Position numbers and translations under genes: made by a program. 64,000 bases of DNA from a virus, in the IMG/VR virus record IMGVR_UViG_3300015607_001859; one strand, 5' to 3'. The notes beneath the pieces are model-generated. The model saw nothing but the letters and a program-made list of their open reading frames with translations, was not told where the DNA came from and searched no databases. Below, piece after piece: positions 9,673 to 19,527 of this stretch (positions are counted from its first letter, which is position 1; the number at the start of each line of letters is the position of its first letter).

Positions 9673-10612
9673 ACAGCCGATCAACAATATCGTCGTTGTC
9701 TCCGATACGCACTGCGGTTGCGGGCTCGGACTGATGCCGCCGGAGTTCCGGCGCGACGAGTCGAACCGCATCATGGCGTCGCCATTCCAGGAACAACTCT
9801 GGGGTATGTGGCAGGAGTTCTGGGGCACCTGGGTACCAGAGGCGACGCGCGGAGAGCCGTTCGCCGTCGTACACAACGGCGACGCGATCGACGGCGTGCA
9901 TCACAACTCGACAACGCAGGTCACGCACAACCTGCACGACCAGAAAAAAATTGCCGCGGCCTGCCTGAAGCCGATCGTACAGCTCTGCGAAGGGCGATAT
10001 TTCCACATCCGCGGTACCGAGGCCCACGTGGGAAAATCGGGCGAATGTGAGGAAAGTCTGGCCGAGACGCTTGATGCGATCCCGTCGCAGGAAGGACACT
10101 ATGCGCGGTACGATCTGTGGCTGCGCATCGGACCCGACAATGATTTGGTGCACCTGCTGCACCACATCGGAACCACGGGTTCGGCCGCTTACGAGGCCAC
10201 GGCCGTGCACAAGGAGCTGACAGAGTCCTTCAACGAGGCGGCTCGGTGGGGTCGACAGCCCGCATCGATCATCGTGCGATCGCACCGACACCGCCACATT
10301 CAGACGGTGATGCCATGGCAAAAAGGGGAAGCCCGCGCGGTCGTAACGCCCGCGTGGCAAGGGAAGACGCCGTTCGCATGGAAGATACCGGGCGCGCGCC
10401 TGGCGCAGCCGCAGTTCGGGGGCGTACTGATCAGGTACGCCCACGGACGTCTGTTCGCGGACGCTCGCGTGTGGACACTGGCGCCGAGTCCGACGGAGCT
10501 GATCGCACTGCCGGAAGTGTCGGCTCCGTCACGGAAACAACCACGGACATCGACATCGCGGCGTGGCAGCGCGCGGTCGCAGAAGCAGGCGGCGCGGCAG
10601 AGCCGCTCCTGA
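9662..10612 (+). CDS. calcineurin-like metallophosphoesterase
   Basis: SDTH, NGDAIDG, GTEAH, HH and SHRH motifs. The last ~27 aa look like read-through (see findings). Confidence 0.8.
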   Translation: MSRKQPINNIVVVSDTHCGCGLGLMPPEFRRDESNRIMASPFQEQLWGMWQEFWGTWVPEATRGEPFAVVHNGDAIDGVHHNSTTQVTHNLHDQKKIAAACLKPIVQLCEGRYFHIRGTEAHVGKSGECEESLAETLDAIPSQEGHYARYDLWLRIGPDNDLVHLLHHIGTTGSAAYEATAVHKELTESFNEAARWGRQPASIIVRSHRHRHIQTVMPWQKGEARAVVTPAWQGKTPFAWKIPGARLAQPQFGGVLIRYAHGRLFADARVWTLAPSPTELIALPEVSAPSRKQPRTSTSRRGSARSQKQAARQSRS

Positions 10613-10785
10613 CGACTGACGAACTCAGCGTCGTCTGGAATCGTGACACAAACTGGGTCCGCCGCAAACTGCGCGAGCTGATTCGCGCCGGGCGTGTCGA
10701 GTGCGCGCGCCGCAGCTCGATGACGATCGACGGGCGCGCCGTGACGATTCCCGGCTATCGCTTGGTTAACGCCGCGGCGCAGTAA
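10528..10785 (+). CDS. winged-helix DNA-binding protein (start codon unclear)
   Basis: LTTDELSVVWNRDTNWVRRKLRELIRAGRVEC HTH-wing pattern. The expected GTG start reads GTC at 10528; alternative GTG at 10471. Confidence 0.55.
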   Translation, partial: VTETTTDIDIAAWQRAVAEAGGAAEPLLTTDELSVVWNRDTNWVRRKLRELIRAGRVECARRSSMTIDGRAVTIPGYRLVNAAAQ

Positions 10786-10800
10786 CCGCGCGCTATTGTC

Positions 10801-12474
10801 TTGGATACGTTAACACGGAGCGGGGCCGTGGCGCAGTGGGCATCAACCGAGGTCGGTGCGTATCTGCGCCTGGGTCAGAACACGAACCTGGACGTACATG
10901 CGGCCGTACTGGCGTTCGAACTCAACGCGATTCCTCGGGCAGAATTCCAGATCGCCGCCGGCCGCGACGGCGCATCTGGCTCCGTCAGCCAGGCGCACCA
11001 ACTGGCGGATCTGCTCAAGGCTGAGACGCCACTGCAGCTGATCCTTGCGGCGTCACACCGTGGCGGCTCCATCGCAGGCGCCGATGGTCGCGAGCGAATC
11101 CCGGCCGGCGATACGGTTATCTTCGATGGGTACGTTAGCGGCGTTGGAACCGGTCAATCCGGTTCAGACCTGATGCTCACGCTGCAGGGCACCCACTGGC
11201 TGGCAGACATGGCGTTTGCCAGCGCGCTAAGCCAGTCCAGCCACCCGACTAACCCGGGCGAATTCTCCTATCGCGCCAGCCACCGGGTTGGCGACACGGG
11301 CGCCGGCAGCTACACGCCGTTCAGGGCGCAGGGGCTGATTACGGCTGGAACGCTATCGTCCGACTTCTGGCGCGACGGGCTGCTGCCGTGGCTGCGCGAG
11401 GTATCGGCAACGGACGCGATCAACGTCGAAGAGCTGACATTCCTGGGCGACATCTCCGGCGGAAACGACGTGACACTGTCTGCCCTGGACCGCTTCTCGA
11501 CCAGCAGCGGCAACTACGTACCACTGCGTCTGCGTATGGCCGCCGCAGACGCAGACGCAGTCGCCGAGGCGATCTGGAACGATACACAGTCTGAGACATA
11601 CGAGTCGTTCCAGACGGTGACAATGTGGGACAAGCTGCTGAGCTTCGCGGCACGGTACTGCTTCGCCATCGTGCCGCGTGTCAACGACGCGATTGTCGTC
11701 CCGTACGTACCCGGGCTACGTACCGCCTGGAAGCACGTAGTGCGCGCCGCTGACTACGACCCGATCAGGACAGTCGCGCCGCTCGAGCGCGCCGTACGCG
11801 GCGTTGGTGTGTTCTCGGGCCTGAAGTTCCGAACAGGCGCGGACGGGCGCGAGCCCGGAGCCGCCGGCGAGTCTGCCGACAGGCTTGGAATTGGAGGCTG
11901 GTACAGCCCGCCTGGCGACCAACGCGGCTTGGTAATTTTCCGCGAGGGTCCGCCGTGGATGACGCGCATCGTAGCCAGCGACCGCTATGTCGACTGGGGT
12001 TGCGGCGGTGGTAAGTACCCCGTAAGCACGACTGCGCAGCCAGATGGTGCCACGGTTCCGCCTGGTACCAAACCCGCAGAGCCGGCCGCGCTACGTACGA
12101 CAACGAAACGTATGCTAGACCGTTACGCAGCGACGCTGTACGCCCTGGAGCACCTGCGCGGCCGCCAAGCCGACATCGTATGTCGACCTCGTTTCGACAT
12201 CGCGCCGGGTAGTACAGTACGTATCGAGCGGCACGGCGATCGGTTCGTACGGGCTGCGCTCGGCGGGCAGGACGACCTGTCCGAGGATTTGTTTGGCGAC
12301 GTCGTGCGCGTGACACACCACATCAGCCGCAACCCCCCGAAGTTCGAGACCGTCTTGACCGTTGCGCACGTGCGCACGAAATCCGAAAACGATAGGCCTG
12401 GAATCGGCCTAGACGAACATCCGCTGTGGACATCTACGTGGCCGGGCGCCGGCCTTATCGCTGAATTCGACTAG
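10801..12474 (+). CDS. baseplate hub-like tail protein (gp27/late control D-like)
   Basis: 557 aa with N-terminal IFDGYVSGV and C-terminal RFDIAPGSTVRI...GDVVRVTHHI hub-like patterns; tail context. Confidence 0.55.
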   Translation: MDTLTRSGAVAQWASTEVGAYLRLGQNTNLDVHAAVLAFELNAIPRAEFQIAAGRDGASGSVSQAHQLADLLKAETPLQLILAASHRGGSIAGADGRERIPAGDTVIFDGYVSGVGTGQSGSDLMLTLQGTHWLADMAFASALSQSSHPTNPGEFSYRASHRVGDTGAGSYTPFRAQGLITAGTLSSDFWRDGLLPWLREVSATDAINVEELTFLGDISGGNDVTLSALDRFSTSSGNYVPLRLRMAAADADAVAEAIWNDTQSETYESFQTVTMWDKLLSFAARYCFAIVPRVNDAIVVPYVPGLRTAWKHVVRAADYDPIRTVAPLERAVRGVGVFSGLKFRTGADGREPGAAGESADRLGIGGWYSPPGDQRGLVIFREGPPWMTRIVASDRYVDWGCGGGKYPVSTTAQPDGATVPPGTKPAEPAALRTTTKRMLDRYAATLYALEHLRGRQADIVCRPRFDIAPGSTVRIERHGDRFVRAALGGQDDLSEDLFGDVVRVTHHISRNPPKFETVLTVAHVRTKSENDRPGIGLDEHPLWTSTWPGAGLIAEFD

Positions 12475-12490
12475 CGGAGAGCACACGCCG

Positions 12491-13315
12491 ATGCCGGCCA
12501 GCGACACGACGAGCCTCGACGACATTCTGCGCCCGCGGCGCCACGAGCCGGTGGACATGAACGGCTACACGCCACGTGTCGTACCTGTGACGACGTCGCG
12601 CCTGGAACCGGAATATACCGCTGCGTTTTCCGCGTGGCACGCGGATCCAACGCCACAAACCAGTAGCGCGCTGCTGACGAGCATACGACCCGTCCTGGAC
12701 ACAGCAGTACGCCCGCTGGGCGGCTCGCCCGCGCTCTACGGCCGCGCAAAACAGATCGCGCTGACCAGCCTACGAACATACGATCCGCAGCGCGCGTCGC
12801 TTCGTACGCACCTGCTCAACAATCTGCAGGGACTGCGACGTATCGCCGGCCAGCAGGAGCAACCAATCCGCGTACCGGAGCGCGTTGTACTGGACAGCAT
12901 GCGCGTCGCGCGCGCACGCGCGGAGCTGGCCGATACACTGTACCGCGATCCGACGGACGAGGAGATCGCCGACCATACCGGCATTTCGACGCGACGGCTG
13001 GCGCGATTACGCCAGCAGTCGCGTCCTGTCTCAGAATCCGGCGCGTTGTGGGTAGACGACGAGGGCAACGAGAACGCGCCTGCGGTGACGCACGATACGC
13101 CGCAAGCCCTGCTGGCAGAGTACGTCCGCGCAGAACTGTCCCCGCAGGATCGGCTGCTGCTAGACTACGCGGCAGGCGCCGATGGACAGCCGGGGCTGTC
13201 CGGGCGCGAAATTGCACAACGTCTGGGTATTACGCCAAGTGCTGTCAGCCAGCGCTTGGCGCGCATCCAGGCGCGATTTCGCGCGCTCGAGGACATGCGC
13301 CTGTTTGGAGACTGA
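12491..13315 (+). CDS. phage-encoded sigma-70 family RNA polymerase sigma factor (group 3-like)
   Basis: Region 2 YDPQRASLRTH, region 3 RDPTDEEIADHTGIS, region 4 LSPQDRLL...SGREIAQRLGITPSAVSQ. Confidence 0.9.
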   Translation: MPASDTTSLDDILRPRRHEPVDMNGYTPRVVPVTTSRLEPEYTAAFSAWHADPTPQTSSALLTSIRPVLDTAVRPLGGSPALYGRAKQIALTSLRTYDPQRASLRTHLLNNLQGLRRIAGQQEQPIRVPERVVLDSMRVARARAELADTLYRDPTDEEIADHTGISTRRLARLRQQSRPVSESGALWVDDEGNENAPAVTHDTPQALLAEYVRAELSPQDRLLLDYAAGADGQPGLSGREIAQRLGITPSAVSQRLARIQARFRALEDMRLFGD

Positions 13316-13317
13316 CC

Positions 13318-13737
13318 GTGGCCGGGACCCAGCTGGGAGCGACATTTACGGCTTTCGTCGCCGCGCTACAGGCCCACAGCGCGGCGGCGGCCGCCGCCGC
13401 GCTATCTGGCGCGCCCGCTCCGTGGTTTATACCGCCAGGCGTAGACGATCTCTCAGACCCGGAAGCGATTACGCCCGGGTTCGACCGGCGGGACCTGTCT
13501 GCGGCCTACGAAACCGCGCTGACAGCGCCAGATGGTACTGTCGGCGGTGCGGCTGGACTGAAACTCCAGCTCGATATTCTGGGCGCGGCTGAGCGCGCGT
13601 TCCGACTACGGCACGCATCGTCCATCCGCGCGCTGTATCATGACGCGGCTCGTGCCGCCGGCCACGGCCACAGCCGCGGACCCGTAGCGTATAACCAACA
13701 GATTGCACAGGACTTGCTGCGCGCCGGGGGTAGTTGA
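13318..13737 (+). CDS. hypothetical (probable baseplate) protein
   Basis: GTG 13318 with GGAG RBS; coupled to the next gene by a TGATG overlap. Confidence 0.55.
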   Translation: MAGTQLGATFTAFVAALQAHSAAAAAAALSGAPAPWFIPPGVDDLSDPEAITPGFDRRDLSAAYETALTAPDGTVGGAAGLKLQLDILGAAERAFRLRHASSIRALYHDAARAAGHGHSRGPVAYNQQIAQDLLRAGGS

Positions 13738-14180
13738 TGGGATACGATGTCGCAATCATCAACGCGCCGGAACAAGGCGGTCGTGCCAACCTGAGCCTAT
13801 GGGAGGCTGACGGGCTCGGCGCGGGCCTGACAGGTCCGTTGCGCGTCGCGCAGGCGTGGGCCATCGAGTTTATGACGCAGCGTGGTTCGCGGCGGTTTAA
13901 GCCGGCATCCGGATCAGCGTTCATGACGCTGATTACAGCCGGGCGCATCCGCAACGACGTCGACGCGAGGACCTATTTTCTGTACGCTGCTGGCCAGGTT
14001 GCCGACTACCTGCGCAGTCGCGAGGACCCCGCTGCAGATCCGTCTGACCGGTTCGGCAGCGCGCAGCTGGAGCGCGTCGTCGTCAGTCCTGGATTTTTGG
14101 CGTTTGTTGTGCGTATTGCCACGGCCGCGGGCACTGCGCGCACCATAACACTACCACTCCCGAGTATCGCGCGCGGCTGA
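13737..14180 (+). CDS. baseplate wedge/sheath initiator (gp25/GPW-like)
   Basis: TG..RVAQ....FMTQRGS..F.P..GS.F pattern; directly before the baseplate J-like gene. Confidence 0.65.
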   Translation: MGYDVAIINAPEQGGRANLSLWEADGLGAGLTGPLRVAQAWAIEFMTQRGSRRFKPASGSAFMTLITAGRIRNDVDARTYFLYAAGQVADYLRSREDPAADPSDRFGSAQLERVVVSPGFLAFVVRIATAAGTARTITLPLPSIARG

Positions 14181-14218
14181 CCTCCGCGCGCCCTGGCGGC
14201 GTATCCGCGGAGATCACT

Positions 14219-15832
14219 GTGACAACGCCAGTTCTGTCGTGGGACGAGATCTCGCAGGCGGCTTACGACGCGGCGCTGGCCCGTGTCTCCGCGATCGCTG
14301 TCGAGCGCTTTCCTGAGCTGGAGGCGCGCGCTGGTGTTATCGCTGACGTGGTACTCGGTCTGCAGGCGGGGCTACTGGCAGCCACCGAGCTGACCTCACA
14401 GCGCCGTGCAAGTGCGACCACTGTCGCGGCCTTGCGAGCCGACGCCGCCGCTGCAGACCCCGAGAGCGCCACACGACTGCTCTCGAACTACGGCATCGCA
14501 CCGGCCGCAGCAGCGGCCGCTCGCGGGTCAGTGCTGCTGACACTCACGCGACCATCGCCGCTGGTTATTGCCGCCGGGACGACATTCACAGCCGCCGGCG
14601 GGCGCACGTTCAGAACAACGCAGAGCTTCGCGGGGAGACTTTCCGCCGGGGACATTGTCAGCGATGGTGATCGTCTGGTGGTGACGCAACCTGACGGCAC
14701 GGCGGTAGTTACGATCGATGTCGTAGCCGACGTCGCGGGCGCCGCCGGGCAGTTGCGGCTGGGCGACTTGCTAACGCCGACACGGGCGTTGCCGGGCGTA
14801 ACTCGAGCGCAGGCGGCCGCTGACTTCAGTGGCGGCGTTGATGCCGAGTCGCTGTCCGATGTCGTTGCGCGCCTGGAGGTCGGAGTTGCGGCGCGCGGCT
14901 GGTCGACTGCCGCCGGCGTCGCAGCGCTTGTGCGTAGCTGCCCTGGGTTCGAATCGGCGGCCGTGTCCGTCGTAGGGGCCGGTCAGGTCGAACAGCTTCG
15001 CGACCGCCACGGCGTGTTTCCGATAAGTACCGGCAATCGGCTGGACGTGTGGGTACGGCCTCCCGGGCGCCTGAGTGTCCAGACCGCCACGGTCAGTGCC
15101 CGATACGTGTCCGGGGCCGGCGCCGCCGCGACCTGGGTTCTGGATATACCGCGCGGCGTGTTGTCCGGTGCCGCGCACGTTACCGGCCTGACGCGCGTCG
15201 GGCGCGCTGTAGCGGCCGGCGTCACCGCGTGGGACACGGAGCTGCTGTATGCGGCCGAGCCGGGCGATCCGGACATCAGCACCGGACTGGAAGCCGCCAA
15301 CAGCCCATACCAAAAACTGCGTCTGACGTTCAGCGACCTACCCGGAAACGAAATACTCATCCCGAACGTCACGACAGTGGACTACGCCGTAACGGCGCTA
15401 GTCGTGCCCGCGCTGGGTACGCTGCAGGCATGGCTGTACGCGCCGGAGCGCGCGCCGTTGTTCGGGGATGTCGTAGTACGCAGCGCCGTTCCATGCCGTA
15501 CGACGCTGCGTATCGAAATCACGCGACTTGGCGCCGACGTGCCTACGGCGGACATTGCAGCGGCGCTAGCCGGGCACGTAAACCGTAGCGGCTTTCCTGG
15601 GCACTTGTACGCTAGCGAGCTGGCCGTTATCGTCGACGCGCGGCTGCCCGCCGACGTACACGTCCGCCGGATTCGGATGACCGGCTACATGTACGCACCC
15701 GGCAACCGCCGGTACGTTGCCCAGGACGACGCCGTACTCAGCGCCGCGTACCTGCCCGCTGAGTACGTAACGGCGCGAACCGTGGCCTTCACATTGGACA
15801 CCGGCGACATCGTGTTTGAGGTGGTCGCGTGA
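14219..15832 (+). CDS. baseplate J-like wedge protein
   Basis: ARGSVLLT...IAAGTTF, DVVADVAGAAG, DFSGGVDAES motifs typical of Baseplate_J. Confidence 0.8.
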   Translation: MTTPVLSWDEISQAAYDAALARVSAIAVERFPELEARAGVIADVVLGLQAGLLAATELTSQRRASATTVAALRADAAAADPESATRLLSNYGIAPAAAAAARGSVLLTLTRPSPLVIAAGTTFTAAGGRTFRTTQSFAGRLSAGDIVSDGDRLVVTQPDGTAVVTIDVVADVAGAAGQLRLGDLLTPTRALPGVTRAQAAADFSGGVDAESLSDVVARLEVGVAARGWSTAAGVAALVRSCPGFESAAVSVVGAGQVEQLRDRHGVFPISTGNRLDVWVRPPGRLSVQTATVSARYVSGAGAAATWVLDIPRGVLSGAAHVTGLTRVGRAVAAGVTAWDTELLYAAEPGDPDISTGLEAANSPYQKLRLTFSDLPGNEILIPNVTTVDYAVTALVVPALGTLQAWLYAPERAPLFGDVVVRSAVPCRTTLRIEITRLGADVPTADIAAALAGHVNRSGFPGHLYASELAVIVDARLPADVHVRRIRMTGYMYAPGNRRYVAQDDAVLSAAYLPAEYVTARTVAFTLDTGDIVFEVVA

Positions 15833-17124
15833 CCGTGCTTACAGACGTACCCGGGCTACGCACACTGCTCGGCAGCTTCTGGAGTGACGTGTTCGAAGGG
15901 CACGCGCAACTCGACGCCCTGCTCGCCGGGCTTGCGCTGTGCGGGCAGCAGCTAGAGCTGGACGCCGCGTTCGAAGATGCGGCGATCTCGCGCCGCGAGA
16001 TCGCCCCGTACAGACGCGCGCCGGCATTTCCGATCCGTCTCCGCGAATCCGACCGTGACGCTGGCACGCCGAATATCCGACGGTTGACCGGCGCAGACAT
16101 GACAGGCTACCAGCTTGGCGCGCCTGACGGCACATACGTGGGGTTTCCGCTACCAGACGGACTGCGCGACTTCTCGATAATCACGAGCCGCCTGGAGAAT
16201 CCCGATTACGTGCTGTTCAACGGGATCGACGTCTGGGTCGATACGGATCTGGGCCTGCTGGTATTTCGCACAGATCCGTTCTCGACCGGTGACGTAGTAC
16301 CCGCGGCGCCAGGTCCTGCGCGCGAGATCGTCGTCTGGGCGCACGACGCGCTGCTAGAGCGCCGGGACGTTTTTTCGCACCACGGGTTTGCCTTCGGATT
16401 CGACGAAGCCGAAGACAGCGTCGTACAGAAAACCGTCATGGCCCCCTACGCGGACTGCGTCGCGCTGGGAAGTACGGCGGCGCTGGTCCGCGAGCTTGTC
16501 GCGGCCGCGACACGCGTCAATCCGGAGACATTTGGCCCCGACGGTGACGTTGAGATCTGCGATTGCCGCCATGGTCGACCTCCCGCATGGTTAACGACGT
16601 TAACGATCGAGGCGGCCTGGCTCACTGACGGAGACGGGCCGATCTGGATCGATAACACCGAACGCCCTGTGAGGTCGTACGTATCCGACGGTCTTACCAG
16701 AGTAGACATCGGTGTCCGCGGCGAGGCAAGATCAGTCAGACACTTCACTGACGAGCTCAACAGGCGTTGCGAGGCGCGCGGGACCACCTTGCTGTCCGTC
16801 CTTGGCGCCTGGCGTGGTATTACCAATCCGACAAGCGTCAACCCCGCGGAGTTCGTACTATCGAACGCATTGCGTGGCGCCCTGGTGCTGGTGCGCGTCG
16901 ATACTCCGGTGAACGACGCGTACGGACGGCATCTGTCGCGGCTGGTACGCGTCGTTCCTCCGTACCTGCTGCTCCAGATCATCACGACCTTACGACACAT
17001 CGCCGTAGAGCCTAGAATCGGCCCCGCGACGGCAACGCTAACGTTGGCCATGAACCTGGTAACGGAATCCGGCGTCTCGTGCGCCGGGTCAGTACTACGC
17101 ATCCAGCAGATCACGTGTAGGTGA
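15829..17124 (+). CDS. baseplate wedge protein (tail protein I/gp7-like position)
   Basis: GTGA overlap with baseplate J; LGSFWSDVF N-terminus; RLVRVVPPY near the C-terminus. Confidence 0.5.
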   Translation: MTVLTDVPGLRTLLGSFWSDVFEGHAQLDALLAGLALCGQQLELDAAFEDAAISRREIAPYRRAPAFPIRLRESDRDAGTPNIRRLTGADMTGYQLGAPDGTYVGFPLPDGLRDFSIITSRLENPDYVLFNGIDVWVDTDLGLLVFRTDPFSTGDVVPAAPGPAREIVVWAHDALLERRDVFSHHGFAFGFDEAEDSVVQKTVMAPYADCVALGSTAALVRELVAAATRVNPETFGPDGDVEICDCRHGRPPAWLTTLTIEAAWLTDGDGPIWIDNTERPVRSYVSDGLTRVDIGVRGEARSVRHFTDELNRRCEARGTTLLSVLGAWRGITNPTSVNPAEFVLSNALRGALVLVRVDTPVNDAYGRHLSRLVRVVPPYLLLQIITTLRHIAVEPRIGPATATLTLAMNLVTESGVSCAGSVLRIQQITCR

Positions 17125-17127
17125 CGC

Positions 17128-17718
17128 ATGCGGCTCGAACACAGCCTGATTCGACTAACGCAGCCCGACGGGCGCAGCGTGATCACGCGCAACACGACCC
17201 TGGCGGATTTCTGCTTCGCGGCGGCGCGCTGCTGTGCGCTGCGTGATCAGAACTACGCGCTGCGCTACTGTTACGTGGAGTACGAGAACGTCGCATCGCC
17301 GAGCACGCCGGTCGTGGTGCCGTCTGTGACGGCCACCAACCCGGACCACGCCCGGCCGTACTACGACGGCTTGGCGTTGTCCGCGTCCAAGGACTACCTG
17401 CGCGTACCGCTAACGGCTGCGCCAACGCTGGCCGCCGCGCCATCGTTTGCGGCCTATTTCAGTCAGCGCCCCGGCGACGGCAATATCGCGCTGCTTCAGG
17501 CGCAGACCGCAGGTACCGCTGGCGTATACGGACGCGCGTTCAGCGATACCGCAAACAGCCGTGTCTACGGTATTGCCATCGCCGCGGCACCGGTTCCGCA
17601 GGACCCGACGCGCGACATCGTCGTTCTGCGTGCGTACTACGCGGCCGGGCAACAACAACTGAAGCTGGCCAGCGGACAGATCGCGATATCAGTCGAGACG
17701 CCGTTCGGTCTGTCGTAG
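17128..17718 (+). CDS. putative baseplate/fibre attachment protein
   Basis: 196 aa, beta-rich; positional inference. Confidence 0.4.
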   Translation: MRLEHSLIRLTQPDGRSVITRNTTLADFCFAAARCCALRDQNYALRYCYVEYENVASPSTPVVVPSVTATNPDHARPYYDGLALSASKDYLRVPLTAAPTLAAAPSFAAYFSQRPGDGNIALLQAQTAGTAGVYGRAFSDTANSRVYGIAIAAAPVPQDPTRDIVVLRAYYAAGQQQLKLASGQIAISVETPFGLS

Positions 17719-17730
17719 GAGACGTACAAA

Positions 17731-19512
17731 ATGGCCGGTATCGACCATATTCGCGATGGCGAGCTCGTCAACGCAGCCAACCTTGGCCGTCCCGACCGCG
17801 CCATGGAGCAGCGCATCAACGATCTCGATGACGCGTTCTCCGGTTTGGTAGCCGGGCGTGCGCTCGTCGAGTACGGGGCGCCGTGCGCTCCGGATGTGCT
17901 CGTTGGCATGCCCGTGTTCTGGAACCCGGACGCCATGCGCTACGAACCCGCGCTGGCCGGCACGACTTACGACCCCGGGACGCGCGGCGTCGTATCCACG
18001 CCGGCCGCCGACGTCGCCGGCGTCGTAATCGCCAAGCCCGGCGCTGCCACGGCTGATATCGTGTTCCAGGGCGCGGTGTCGATCGATCTCGGCGCTGTCG
18101 TCTCGGGATCGGTCCTTCCCGGACGCTACTACCTGTCGGCGACCCAGGCTGGCCATCTGACCCGGCAACGCCAGTCGCCGACGGTCGCCGTCCTGCTCGT
18201 ACTGGGCGGCGGTCGGTGCCTTGTGCGTCCGCAGGCGCGCGAGTGGGGCCTGGATCACGAACACCGGGCTGTTGACCTGGTTTGCCGCCCGGCTGGTGAC
18301 CACGTACCGCCGGCCCCGGGCGGCAGGCACACGATCCTGAATCCGGACGCCGATATTCCCGGCTGGCTTCCGGCCAGCCACGCCAGTTTCGGCGGGCACG
18401 CGCCGGCTGGCGCGCAGTTCGGATACAACGTCTCCGCCGATACAGCACTCGCTCCGATCTGGCCCCCGATGCCGGTAGAGGGAGCCGCGATCACGTGGGA
18501 CCGCGGCCAAAACCGGGCCGGCGGCGCTGACGTTCCGCTGGGTCTGACCGGCCTCGTGGCAATCGACCGCTACGGGATCTGGTGGATGAGCGATTGTAAC
18601 GGTGACGTGCCGTGGCCCGCCGCGTATACGTTCAGCGCTGGTGAGTCTGGCGACTATCCGGCACCGGCTACTGGCGAGTGTCCGCGCCAAGAGGATATGC
18701 GGCTTCGACTGTGGTTCACACGCACGCCGTACGACGCTACGCGCCTGGGCGTAACCAGCCTGCGCGCCGCGGCCAATAGCGTACTGGTCGTACGCGCCTG
18801 CTCTGGCGGCCCGGCGACGGCCGGCGATCTGGAGGTCGACGCAGACTTGGTGCTGGCCGTCAGTGACATGAACGTGGGCGGGCATCTTGCGCTGAAAAAC
18901 GTCAACGAACAGCAGCGCCTGGTCGGTGGTCCGGTCCTGGAGGGCCTGATCGTAGCACCCGGCGGTAACATCACGGCCACGTCAACGCATCCGCAAGTCC
19001 TTACGGGCGGAACCGTGTTGCATCAGGGACGTGTCACGGTCGCAGCTGTCGTTGATCCGGCCGACCGCGAGCTATTACCGTACGTCGTACGGCTGCTCGA
19101 GGCCAAGGAGCGGTACGCGTCTGGCATCAACTACATTGCGCTGCCGCCCGGTCAGCCATCCGGGCTGCTGGTCCAGTTTCGCGTGCCATCAGACGGTATC
19201 CAAGCAGGCGCGTCTCTGGTATTCCAGCTGACAGTGCTCGGAACGCTGGCCGGCGCGCTGCCGGCACTCACGTACGCCTGGCGCCGCATCCCGGCCGGTA
19301 CGTCAACGCCGGCGGCGCTTCCCGCGTCGGATACGACGTTGTCCGCCGGGACGCCGCCGACCCTGTCCGCCGGGAATCAGTATGTCCGTATCGCGCTCCC
19401 CAGCGTTACGGTACAGCCCGGCGACGCCGTGCTGCTCACGATCCGGCGGGCGGCCGGTGACGCATACGCCGGCGAGGTTGGATTCGTCCACACCGTAGCC
19501 GTCGTCGCGTAA
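17731..19512 (+). CDS. virion structural protein (fibre/baseplate associated)
   Basis: 593 aa. The N-terminal DGELVNAANLGRPDRAMEQR resembles tail-fibre N-termini; GRYYLSATQAGHLT motif; AGGAG RBS. Confidence 0.55.
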   Translation: MAGIDHIRDGELVNAANLGRPDRAMEQRINDLDDAFSGLVAGRALVEYGAPCAPDVLVGMPVFWNPDAMRYEPALAGTTYDPGTRGVVSTPAADVAGVVIAKPGAATADIVFQGAVSIDLGAVVSGSVLPGRYYLSATQAGHLTRQRQSPTVAVLLVLGGGRCLVRPQAREWGLDHEHRAVDLVCRPAGDHVPPAPGGRHTILNPDADIPGWLPASHASFGGHAPAGAQFGYNVSADTALAPIWPPMPVEGAAITWDRGQNRAGGADVPLGLTGLVAIDRYGIWWMSDCNGDVPWPAAYTFSAGESGDYPAPATGECPRQEDMRLRLWFTRTPYDATRLGVTSLRAAANSVLVVRACSGGPATAGDLEVDADLVLAVSDMNVGGHLALKNVNEQQRLVGGPVLEGLIVAPGGNITATSTHPQVLTGGTVLHQGRVTVAAVVDPADRELLPYVVRLLEAKERYASGINYIALPPGQPSGLLVQFRVPSDGIQAGASLVFQLTVLGTLAGALPALTYAWRRIPAGTSTPAALPASDTTLSAGTPPTLSAGNQYVRIALPSVTVQPGDAVLLTIRRAAGDAYAGEVGFVHTVAVVA

Positions 19513-19527
19513 CGCGAGGGTAACACA

